Shown here: positions 21,201 to 29,416 of the stretch, one piece after another
How the letters are laid out: each line of letters begins with the position of its first letter
Numbering within the stretch: the stretch's first letter is position 1
IMG/VR virus record: IMGVR_UViG_3300002494_000005
Location: 3,482 to 67,481 of that record
Strand: one strand, 5' to 3'
Origin: a virus
Length of the DNA: 64,000 nt
Notes under the pieces: model-generated
The model's database searches: none
Told to the model about the DNA's origin: nothing
Seen by the model: the letters and a program-made list of their open reading frames with translations, nothing else
Position numbers and translations under genes: made by a program

Positions 21201-21929
21201 CGCCACTGGGAGTCTATCAAGGCCACCAACGGTCTTATATCCTTTGTAAACGGCAACGACACTGATTACATTGACATCAAGGCTAGGCGTGTAACGGCTA
21301 CCCAAGACTTAGTTGTAGCTGGTAACACGATAGCTACCCCATCCGGTATTCCATACGCACCACTACCAGCGCTTGGCAATAGAGGCAGAGACATCCTCGT
21401 AGACAGGGTGGCGGTGTGGGGAGATGGTGAGTATCCTTTTGCCCTGGAGTTGTTCAAGTCGGATGGGTGGTTCATAATTCCGCGCCATATCTATTACGGA
21501 GCCTTTGGACAAGCCATGAACGGTTCTATAGGTCCTAGAAGCGGCGCAACACGTGTCTTGCGTATTTACATAACTGGCGTGGATAACGCCCGTGACGTTT
21601 ACGACCCAGCAAACCAGTACTGGAACAATGGACGTACTACCGGGAGACCGTGGGTGCGTTTGATTAAAGGTAGTAGCACGTGGGATGGGGCTTTAACTCC
21701 CACGTGGGGCGGTGGGACTAACATACGTACTTACGTACTAGAACTCCCTGCCGCATTCTTAGATGGCTACTTTCAGATAGCTTTAGGCATTTGGTGGGAC
21801 GGTAACAGCCCAAGTTGGCCGACAGCTAATGTTTCTGGAGACACGGCACCAAATAACTACCTAAACTACGGCGCTGATATTCAATGGACCATCTATCAGG
21901 CGTGGTTTGAGACATACGATAGGTACTAG
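18222..21929 (+). CDS. Tail fibre/receptor-binding protein 1
   Basis: G/T/S-rich; repeats GNVGVGT..PTQKLDVAGNI and NLNADLLDG; AGGAGG RBS before ATG 18222. Confidence 0.8.
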   Translation: MPRKTPIYGFNLFYHDESIISAEDVRPGSAYTGTLQPDPTNTLNYNFKLMEDLVQSILNGRLAFTSISTVQDVIAGRDVVVGRQLILNPEYGLVLNADHRPSPHILLDFADALVYAGDADNTTLTVTAAGNSITNGTQKNPFKPDNSVLALSGNSVYPVVFLVSSSGTLIDTSLSAKVRLYLSFDTVPQGISGVRLEASQDGSTFTTIGYYTRDLGNKYLLLGPAILTGSAKAVRITLEGTNSTSTNFKIRRVALLHEGTPALEGFYLPRAGGSVYGNVNVRGNITTTGAIQTRVIQGHNNGEILVNARNYGVELRIDEDATITDSFKVTRGPNGSTTLMVVHSSGNVGVGTAAPTQKLDVAGNIRGAQFISTATTGTAPFQVSSSTKVVNLNADLLDGYDSADFPRKDENATIRGTWTFSGAPTFSSTPTTRAGLRVADGAGLWTTHGWHKAIDLDKGQALVWRTGGGLSVGLGVARTTNRIYFASSTAEDASTDPSYPIVFDVGSGDILFTLASSSIKLSGKRTIDVFVDHGGDTNTRYYYLGKVNKGAGILKVQGIMGGHTWDQGRANVDLQFSARDGFRVDGEVIGNVGRADIYVYDPSGDQYIYIYLVTKTWALVNLELSATGYSAVIEYNGNYTTTEPTFGGSPITPIFKLSNGPSSNILWTDNSGALTVPAILGRNTGELLVSGRNYGVEVRVDEDATSYDAFRVTRGSGGSTTLMVVQSGGSVGIGTTSPTQKLDVAGNIKGTQFISTASSGTSPMVVNSTTTVINLSADMVDGLHSSQFLRSDADTTFNGTTLTVNGNIIMAAGKTVDGVDISVFKSAYDVHEHNGTDAPKVKAENVLSQPYNGTSYSTTVKAYLDSLQTQINNLIQGAQTADTLLVNHLTVNNTISAGTATATVSALTVNSNATVKGDLIVEGGAGAVAIKEGSSDSTPGYLEKVGGTLRLAHTSTNPVTVYRGTTAGQADFEIFKDAGSGELPIYLRFHQTTRHWESIKATNGLISFVNGNDTDYIDIKARRVTATQDLVVAGNTIATPSGIPYAPLPALGNRGRDILVDRVAVWGDGEYPFALELFKSDGWFIIPRHIYYGAFGQAMNGSIGPRSGATRVLRIYITGVDNARDVYDPANQYWNNGRTTGRPWVRLIKGSSTWDGALTPTWGGGTNIRTYVLELPAAFLDGYFQIALGIWWDGNSPSWPTANVSGDTAPNNYLNYGADIQWTIYQAWFETYDRY

Positions 21930-21950
21930 ACAGGTACTAGGGGGTGATGT

Positions 21951-24554
21951 ATGGCGAAGCTACACGTTAATCGAGGACTCAACCTGACGCTCGATGCCTC
22001 TACTACAGACTTTATAGTCAAAAGCCTCTCTGGACCGAATGACACCCTGCTTCTTAACGGTCGCAACTGGGGAGTAGAGATTCGCATCGATGAAGACAAC
22101 TATGGTTGGGACATTTTTAGAATAACTAAAGGGCCAAACGGGTCTACCACGCTTTTCACAGTTTGGAATGACGGTTCTGTTACCACAAACGGCATTCTTA
22201 ACGTAGGTGGGTTTGACTTAAAATTAGGTACTTCTGACCAAAGCTCAAGAGGCAATAGCGGTCAATCTCGTGCCTTGGTTAAATTTATCAACTCTACCCT
22301 TGTCATCAACTTCGAAGGCGACTTTACCGGCGGCACACGTGTGGAGGGACCTGGACTTGGCGTTGGTAGCACGAACTACATTTACAACACAACTGTGTCT
22401 TACCAGATACCAGGAGCGAACGCAAACGCTAAATGGCTTATTGTCGGGGACAACGCTTCTGGTAGTGGCGTTATAAGCTTCAACAACACCAAGGACTCTG
22501 ACGGTAACATTCTTGGCTCTATAGTTTGGACTAGAGAAGGGGGGCAAGCTGACGGGCACCGGCAAGTAGCTGGCATTGTAGCTGCTCAGTCTGGTACAGG
22601 TGCTATAGCTGGTTCAGAGTTACGTTTCTATGTCAAAGGTTCGGCTGGGCCTTACCAGGCAATGGTAATAAACCGAGGCGGAAAGGTTGGTATAGGAGTC
22701 AGCGCTCCTACGGAAAGACTGGAAACTGATGGTAACGTCAAAGCGTCTAGATTTATTTCTACAGCCCCAGCGGGAGTTTCACCTTTACAGGTGTATAGTA
22801 CGACGAAGGTTGATAACCTAAACGCCGACCTGCTTGATGGCTACGACAGCTCTGACTTCCCACGCAAGGCCGAAGATGCCATTATTAGTGGTACATGGAC
22901 GTTCTCAAAAACTGGCGTCGCTCCATTCAACGTTAGCAGCGCAGTAAAAGTAAACAACCTGAACGCTGACTTGCTTGACGGTTACGATGCTGCCGACTTT
23001 ACTAGAAAAAACGAAAACGCCAACATTACCGGGACTTGGACTTTTAACGCTTTAGGTGTCAATAAGCCGAATCCAGAGTACAGACTGGTTGTGGAAGAAG
23101 CGGGTAACCGCACCGCTACCGCTATCCGTAAAACTAATAACGGCAACGGTGGTAATGGGTCTTTGGACGGTCCCACTCTGTTAGTGGAAAACAGCTATGG
23201 TAACCACTCCTACGGTAATCTGGCTGAGTTCAGGATAGCAGACAATGGAACTTTTGACCCGCCGAACATCACTTTCACCGCCGGCTGGGCTTCCACTGGC
23301 TGGTCTGTGGGAATGGCCGGAAGCAATGACGCCGACTTTGGAATCGTCAGCAACAGAGGTCCGCGGTTTAATAGCTTCGGCACTCTCCAGCTACGTGTAA
23401 AGCCGGATGGGCAGTTGATTACCACCGGCACAATCACGCCAGGTATTAGCCCTGGCTTCGCTGGGCACATCAACGGAAGCGGGCCAATCAAGTTTGTCAA
23501 TGGTGGCGCCGCTCAAGAGATATACGTGAAAAAAGTGCGAGCTTCGGCGTCGTGGGCGGTTAACGACGCTAACGACCCCGGAGATGGTGGTGGGTTCTTT
23601 AGCGGCAACCTGTTGGTAAACGGCAGCTTTTCCGGTAGTAGCGGGTCGTTTAGTAACAACCTTTCGGTAGGTAGCAATCTTTTGGTTGGAGGTCAGGTAC
23701 GCTTTGGCGATAAGCGCATTATCAATGTCTACGTTGACCACGGTGGTGATACTAATACGCGCTACTATTACTTAGGCAAAGTAAGCACGGGCAGTGGAAT
23801 TTTGAAAGTGCAAGGTATTATGGGCGGACACACGCCAGATGAGGGGAGGGCTAACGTAGACGTGCAATTCTCCGCCCGCAGTGGATTCCGCGTGGACGGT
23901 GAAGTCATCGGTAAGCTTGGGCGAGCTGATATCTGGGTATATGCCCCAAGCGGAGACTCGTTTATTTATCTCTACCTGGTAACCAAAACCTGGGCTTTGG
24001 TAAACTTGGAGTTGTCCTCTGTTGGTGTAGCTAGTATTGAATTTGATGGTGGTTTTTCTTACTCTGCCCCGGCGCATACTGGCAGCTTGGTTAAGCTTTC
24101 CGAAACGGTTAATGTTCTTCGTTACAACTCTTTTTTTGATGGGAGTGGGATTCCTGTTACCTATTCAGCTGGTACCGGTGTTACGATTAATGGTTCTTTT
24201 AGCTTTGATGCTTACGCATTTATGATGGGACCATTTGCATTGATTATCATAGTTCCAAGTTATGTGAACCCAAACTCAGGTTTTTCCGGAGAAGGGCAAA
24301 TTACCCTTACCATGCCTTTAACTACCCTGAAAAATGCCCTCGCCTTAAATAGCGCTATGTTCCCGTGGATTAGGTCTGTACAGCTGACCGTGCATCAGGC
24401 AATTGATAACATTTACTCCGATAACCAATATAACTACTTTGGCCCGTTTTACGATGTCTCAAACGACCGTTGGGGTATTCAGGTGTACCGTCCAAAATTT
24501 ACATACGACGATGCGCCCAACTTGCTACACGCTTGGATACTGGCCACTATTTAA
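21951..24554 (+). CDS. Tail fibre protein 2
   Basis: Same NLNADLLDGYD repeats and a VDHGGDTNTRYYYLGKV module shared with fibre 1. Confidence 0.8.
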   Translation: MAKLHVNRGLNLTLDASTTDFIVKSLSGPNDTLLLNGRNWGVEIRIDEDNYGWDIFRITKGPNGSTTLFTVWNDGSVTTNGILNVGGFDLKLGTSDQSSRGNSGQSRALVKFINSTLVINFEGDFTGGTRVEGPGLGVGSTNYIYNTTVSYQIPGANANAKWLIVGDNASGSGVISFNNTKDSDGNILGSIVWTREGGQADGHRQVAGIVAAQSGTGAIAGSELRFYVKGSAGPYQAMVINRGGKVGIGVSAPTERLETDGNVKASRFISTAPAGVSPLQVYSTTKVDNLNADLLDGYDSSDFPRKAEDAIISGTWTFSKTGVAPFNVSSAVKVNNLNADLLDGYDAADFTRKNENANITGTWTFNALGVNKPNPEYRLVVEEAGNRTATAIRKTNNGNGGNGSLDGPTLLVENSYGNHSYGNLAEFRIADNGTFDPPNITFTAGWASTGWSVGMAGSNDADFGIVSNRGPRFNSFGTLQLRVKPDGQLITTGTITPGISPGFAGHINGSGPIKFVNGGAAQEIYVKKVRASASWAVNDANDPGDGGGFFSGNLLVNGSFSGSSGSFSNNLSVGSNLLVGGQVRFGDKRIINVYVDHGGDTNTRYYYLGKVSTGSGILKVQGIMGGHTPDEGRANVDVQFSARSGFRVDGEVIGKLGRADIWVYAPSGDSFIYLYLVTKTWALVNLELSSVGVASIEFDGGFSYSAPAHTGSLVKLSETVNVLRYNSFFDGSGIPVTYSAGTGVTINGSFSFDAYAFMMGPFALIIIVPSYVNPNSGFSGEGQITLTMPLTTLKNALALNSAMFPWIRSVQLTVHQAIDNIYSDNQYNYFGPFYDVSNDRWGIQVYRPKFTYDDAPNLLHAWILATI

Positions 24555-24590
24555 TACAGTTCAGGTAAGCGAATAGGCAGGTGATACACC

Positions 24591-25136
24591 ATGGGACTGA
24601 CAGTCGGACAGATACAGACCACTTTGGAGCGTAGGTACAGCGAGTTGCGAGTCATTAAGGACTTGCATCGGAACGCCGTCCAGATAGTCATCTCGTACGT
24701 TGACGGCTTTTACGCTCAAGACGGTAGCTGGAGGACAGTGGATTATGGCACGACGACCGTTGAAGGCGACGCGGTGTTGGCCATCATGAGCTTAACGCCA
24801 ACTCATCTTGGTCTACAGACTAACGCTATTGGTCCCGCTTTGGATAAGGCCGTTTATGGCGTACTGAGCGGACAAATTCCGCTGAAAGCGGCGCTTTCTG
24901 TGCGTGTGGTAGACCAAGCCGGTAAGCCAGTAAGCGCTACCGTCAGTGTAGCCAAGGGTGATGTGAAGTACGGCATCCAACAGGGGGCTGAGGTGGTGTT
25001 TGACTTGCCGGTATTGGTCGGTGTGAGAGTAACGGCTGAAGCGGAGGGGTACCAGCCCGCTACTGAAGACATAGCCGTGTTGCAGGGTAATAAGTCTCTG
25101 ACGCTTACTCTAACGCCACTAGGAGAGACAGCTTAG
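24591..25136 (+). CDS. Fibre-associated protein with C-terminal Ig/PEGA-like domain
   Basis: VRVVDQAGKPVSATVSV...VTAEAEGYQ pattern. Confidence 0.55.
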   Translation: MGLTVGQIQTTLERRYSELRVIKDLHRNAVQIVISYVDGFYAQDGSWRTVDYGTTTVEGDAVLAIMSLTPTHLGLQTNAIGPALDKAVYGVLSGQIPLKAALSVRVVDQAGKPVSATVSVAKGDVKYGIQQGAEVVFDLPVLVGVRVTAEAEGYQPATEDIAVLQGNKSLTLTLTPLGETA

Positions 25137-25149
25137 CCAGTGAGCGCAG

Positions 25150-25179
25150 AAAGGCGGGGGTAGTCCCCGCCTTTCTTTT
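25150..25179 (+). terminator. Intrinsic terminator
   Basis: AAAGGCGGGG-GTAGT-CCCCGCCTTT-CTTTT. Confidence 0.75.
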
Positions 25180-25187
25180 GACTGCCA

Positions 25188-25970
25188 ATGTACGCCATCA
25201 TATCAGACACACACTTTGGGCTGTCGTCAGCCGACTGGAGGGTGCTAGATATAGCCGAGTCCTACCGTTCTAAGGGCTATACCATTGTGTGGCTAGGAGA
25301 TGTGTTTGACCTGTGGGTAGACCCCGGAGCTGGACGGTACGCAGAGTTGGTGTTTCGCCCTGGAGACATCTACGTCGTGGGTAACCACGACTACGGCTAC
25401 CGTCCTCCGGAGTGGGTGAGGTTTTACCCCAGAGGTCTGACACTAGAAGCGGCCGGTGAGCGTTGGTATGCCTTGCACGGAGACATACTTGACTTCCCAT
25501 ACCTGTTCGCCTTGCTTAAGCAAGGCAAGCTGCCACTAAGCCGCGTTAAACGCTGGACTGGTGGCGAATACGAGAACGTATACCGTGTGCTGTCGGTTAT
25601 GCCTAATCAAGAACTTCAAGCGCTACTGGCCGGAAAGTTCACATGGACGTTGGCTGCCTGGCTATTCCCGTTACTGTACGCCGCCGTGGGTCCGGCACAA
25701 GACGTGCCCACATATCGTGAGCTTACACCAGGCCCACTGATTCCTAAGGACGTCAAGACCATTGCCGAGCGCGTACTCGCCTTTCACCAAGAGGCTGAAG
25801 ACGCGCGCGGCTTTGTGCTCGGGCATCTGCATCGTCCGATGAGCGGTGGGGTTACGCTGGACGGTCGTGTCTACACGGTGCAGGTACTTGGAGCGTGGTG
25901 TGACGATTGGCCGCGCACTGTTGGCGTGTTAGATAACGCTGGTTTTCGGCTGGAGGTTCACGATGTCTGA
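25188..25970 (+). CDS. Calcineurin-like metallophosphoesterase (LpxH-like motif set)
   Basis: SDTH, GDVFD, GNHD, HGD and GHLH motifs in the canonical order. Confidence 0.85.
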   Translation: MYAIISDTHFGLSSADWRVLDIAESYRSKGYTIVWLGDVFDLWVDPGAGRYAELVFRPGDIYVVGNHDYGYRPPEWVRFYPRGLTLEAAGERWYALHGDILDFPYLFALLKQGKLPLSRVKRWTGGEYENVYRVLSVMPNQELQALLAGKFTWTLAAWLFPLLYAAVGPAQDVPTYRELTPGPLIPKDVKTIAERVLAFHQEAEDARGFVLGHLHRPMSGGVTLDGRVYTVQVLGAWCDDWPRTVGVLDNAGFRLEVHDV

Positions 25971-26445
25971 CTTTGTGAGGTATGCCTTGGACTACATTAT
26001 TGACGTGCTGATTCCTTCAGTACACAAGATTATAGGGCTTGTACTAGCTTACCTGTTTGTTGGACCGGCTACCTTGTACCACCTCGCAGTGTTGGCTATT
26101 GTCCTAGACACCGTAACGGGTGTTGTCAAAGCGATAGCCAAAAAGGAGCTGTCTAGTCGTGTCATGCGCGTAAAGACCATGGCTAAGCTGTTTAGCTATG
26201 GTCTGGCGGTAGCCGGGGCTGGAATTCTTTACCACGCACTTAAAGAGCTAGGAATTGACCCTAACGCAACACTACTCGCCGTCAAGTTTACGTTAGTCAG
26301 CGTTATTGTAACGGAAGTGCTGTCTATGTGGGAGAACATACAAGAAGCTACCGGTCGTAAGCCAATAGCGGCTAAGGCATTTGGCAAGCTATTGAAGTCG
26401 TTTAACGACCAGCTGGAGTCGCTTGACAATAAGCGGGAGGAGTAA
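25963..26445 (+). CDS. Holin (phage holin 4-like)
   Basis: TM helices; DTVTGVVKA..KELSSR and EVLSMWENI motifs. Confidence 0.75.
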   Translation: MSDFVRYALDYIIDVLIPSVHKIIGLVLAYLFVGPATLYHLAVLAIVLDTVTGVVKAIAKKELSSRVMRVKTMAKLFSYGLAVAGAGILYHALKELGIDPNATLLAVKFTLVSVIVTEVLSMWENIQEATGRKPIAAKAFGKLLKSFNDQLESLDNKREE

Positions 26446-28292
26446 TGCTAGCTGCCAGCCTGACCCGTCCATTAGACCCAAGCCGTGACCAGTACTTATG
26501 GAGCAGTTATAGAGACGTATCTAACTTTACAGGTGTGTACTGGAAGGCCGGCGGTGGTTTGTACGCTGTCACCGTCAGTAGTGGGCAAACGGAGACCAAG
26601 CTGCTAGCTAATGATGTGGAAGCTAGCAAGGTCCACAGAGTAGAGCTGCTGGACAATGGCAAAGTATATCTTAACGGTACGCTAGTAGCCACTTTCACTA
26701 ACGCTAGGACTTATGGCCCAACGCTATACCTAGGCCGTGGGCAGCCAAACGGAAGCGAGTGGACGGGGGGGTGTGGTTTCTTTGAGCTTTCTCCCGCGCT
26801 AAAGCAATCAGTTACGACAACAGACGCTAACAACGTCAGGGAAGACTTGTTGACTTACCCTAGTAACCTAAGCCGCGCTACAGGTACACCCACCGAGAGA
26901 GTATTCGCCAAGACATTAGAAGCTGGTTCTCTTGGTCTGGTAAGTTCTCAAGCTGAAGTGGAACCAAACCTTGACGCGCCGTTTGAGCTTTGGGTAGACG
27001 ACACTAAGCTGCTTTATCCAATAACCCAATGGTCTTTTACGCCTAACGAAGACGTGGTGGTAGATGACGTAGGCTACGGTCCTGTACGAGTAGCGTGGCC
27101 AGAACTCCAAGCTTCGGGTGTACTAAGCTTTACGCTGGATGATGTACCCGCAGCGGATATTCCAACTCTTAGGTCTCTATTTCTGAAACCGAAAACTAAG
27201 CGTTGGTTAGCTTTTAGAGGAAGGCGGTACCAAGCCGATGAGTTTGAGTTTTCTGAACGACCGGACAACACACGCTTTGGCGAACTTTATTCGGTCAGCG
27301 TTACTACCAGCGTGTACCGTCCTTACATCGGCTTGCCTTCAGTGCCTGGTACTCGTATTTGGCCGATACTGTCTATACGCCGCATGCAAGGTTCTGTGCA
27401 TGCCCGCATTCTGGAAGTGTTCGTTGTCTACCCAAAGATGTTTGTAGTGCATAGCGAGGGTGTGTACATGCAGGACTTGGAAACTGGAACCTGGGACTTT
27501 ACTCCTGCTAGTTTAGCTTACGGCATAGATGCTATGTACTGGTACACCGAAAGCGATAACACCAGATGGTACGCTATCGCTGTAGCCGATGATAATGCCA
27601 ATCCGATAGTCTTCTTTCTGCGTGAAAACAAGTTTACTAGTCGGGTGCTTCGACCTCCTGTACAAGCGACTAAAGGACGTTTTTACGGCAAAAAGCTTTT
27701 GCTGGAAACCTCTGGGAATGTATACGCGTTGGACATCAATGAGTCGAGTTTGACACCACACCAGCTTAACGCCAGGATTAATCTGGCTGGAACTCCCTTA
27801 CTACTGTCTTCGACAGAAAAGAACAACACTGTTTATCCGGCACCAAGCGATATGCTGTGGGCAATACCGGCAGACAATAGGCGTATGCTAGTAGCCAGCA
27901 CCAACGCTATTGCCATATATGAGGTAACAAAAGAACTCAAAGGCTATCGCCTTGATAGGCTAATACGCACTTTGGTAACCGACAACATTGAGCGTGCCGG
28001 TTATTTTGGCAAACCAGGGTTCCTGGAAGGCTACTGGTACACTCGTGTGCCACAGACACGCCCATTGCGCTGGTATCCGGTTGGTAGTGTACCATCTTGG
28101 TCTAACCACCGTACCGACTCTGACGGTGACGGCTGGACAGACGCTAATGAAGTCCTGCGCTATGGGCACATCTTCCACCAAAGCGCGGCGTATCCGGTCT
28201 ACTGGAGCAACCTACGTGGCTTCGCCTCTGACGGCTTCGCCTACTTTCCTTACACCGACAAACTGGTGTTCAGAGTTGAGATTCTGCTTTAG
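26445..28292 (+). CDS. Probable virion tail-tip/baseplate protein
   Basis: 615 aa, beta-rich, late operon; DSDGDGWTDANE Ca-binding-like motif. Confidence 0.5.
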   Translation: MLAASLTRPLDPSRDQYLWSSYRDVSNFTGVYWKAGGGLYAVTVSSGQTETKLLANDVEASKVHRVELLDNGKVYLNGTLVATFTNARTYGPTLYLGRGQPNGSEWTGGCGFFELSPALKQSVTTTDANNVREDLLTYPSNLSRATGTPTERVFAKTLEAGSLGLVSSQAEVEPNLDAPFELWVDDTKLLYPITQWSFTPNEDVVVDDVGYGPVRVAWPELQASGVLSFTLDDVPAADIPTLRSLFLKPKTKRWLAFRGRRYQADEFEFSERPDNTRFGELYSVSVTTSVYRPYIGLPSVPGTRIWPILSIRRMQGSVHARILEVFVVYPKMFVVHSEGVYMQDLETGTWDFTPASLAYGIDAMYWYTESDNTRWYAIAVADDNANPIVFFLRENKFTSRVLRPPVQATKGRFYGKKLLLETSGNVYALDINESSLTPHQLNARINLAGTPLLLSSTEKNNTVYPAPSDMLWAIPADNRRMLVASTNAIAIYEVTKELKGYRLDRLIRTLVTDNIERAGYFGKPGFLEGYWYTRVPQTRPLRWYPVGSVPSWSNHRTDSDGDGWTDANEVLRYGHIFHQSAAYPVYWSNLRGFASDGFAYFPYTDKLVFRVEILL

Positions 28293-28301
28293 GGGGTGGG
28301 C

Positions 28302-29408
28302 ATGAGAATCAGCTTTTATGGCTACGACAACGACGCGGACTTGGTGGTAACCCCACCAAACGAAATCTCTTATCGCGTACCAAACCCGGCTAAGTCTCTT
28401 ACTACCGTAGCCAGAGGGTACAGCTTGCGCAGATTACCAAACGTCAACGGCTTGCAGATAGAACTTAGCTGGGACGCTATACCCGAAAACGAACTAGCCG
28501 CTTTGGCGATTATACCGGCCGACGAGATTCATGAACTGGTCATGGAGTCCGCCACCTATTCAGGCGTCTTTTCAGAGCCGACCAGAGAAATGCAGCCGTA
28601 CTTAACGTGGGACGGCCAACCAACGTATCGGGCTAGACTGACGTTTTTCACAGTCAACGAGTTTGCGCTTGGAGAAGTAAAGCAAATATCGCCCCCCACC
28701 AAGCGTGTACTGTCCAACACCACTTACCTCAATCAGGCTATCCGAAGCTACCCACCGCAACAGATTAGTCCAGCGTACACGCCTATAGTTCCGCGCGCTT
28801 CTACAGGCTTACCTCCAGGTGTTGGACATCTAGAAGGCTACCGTTGGACGTTCTATGAAGCCGATACCGCTACCGGTGTTTTACGATTTTTTGACGAGTC
28901 GTCTGAAGGTTGGTTTAATGTCTCTGGTAGTCAGTCTTATCGTGACTGGTATAGCGTGTTTCAAAACAACGTGACGGCTAAAGCTACGTTACAACGAGTG
29001 TGGTTTAGTCCTGACTACCAATGGTCTATTGGTATGCTGCTGTATCGAGACCGAACGCTGGGTGATGGCCCTTTGCTGGAAGTGTGGGACAGCGGACATT
29101 ATTTGTACTTACACAATGTGGGAGACACACTAAACATACAGTATATCCGTGTAAACGGAGTAGAGTATGTAGCGTCAAAGACACTAACTGGCGGTTATGA
29201 CTATCTGTGGCTTCAATATTCAGATGGTAACTTCACTTTGGGCTTTAACGGCAATATCAGTACTATAACACCCATCACCAGCGCTACAATTAACACCGAC
29301 GTGAAGTTTATCCTGGGCGGTGGTGGAGTATTGCTAGACGACTTGGTGATAGTCAACTCTGTTCAGGTGGACATGGAAGTCGTGCGTAGGTGGCTGCTCG
29401 GTCTGTGA
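28302..29408 (+). CDS. Probable distal tail protein with lectin/LamG-like C-terminus
   Basis: N-terminal IELSW Dit-like segment; beta-sandwich C-terminus. Confidence 0.45.
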   Translation: MRISFYGYDNDADLVVTPPNEISYRVPNPAKSLTTVARGYSLRRLPNVNGLQIELSWDAIPENELAALAIIPADEIHELVMESATYSGVFSEPTREMQPYLTWDGQPTYRARLTFFTVNEFALGEVKQISPPTKRVLSNTTYLNQAIRSYPPQQISPAYTPIVPRASTGLPPGVGHLEGYRWTFYEADTATGVLRFFDESSEGWFNVSGSQSYRDWYSVFQNNVTAKATLQRVWFSPDYQWSIGMLLYRDRTLGDGPLLEVWDSGHYLYLHNVGDTLNIQYIRVNGVEYVASKTLTGGYDYLWLQYSDGNFTLGFNGNISTITPITSATINTDVKFILGGGGVLLDDLVIVNSVQVDMEVVRRWLLGL

Positions 29409-29416
29409 GGTGCTAT

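Noticed and set aside
19791-24017. Diversity-generating retroelement TR/VR pair in the fibres
   Set aside because: Differences are synonymous and not adenine-specific; no reverse transcriptase in the window
28110-28150. DSDGD in the 615-aa protein as a possible RNAP catalytic motif
   Set aside because: The context DSDGDGWTDANE fits a Ca-binding loop; there is no upstream RxP or barrel context
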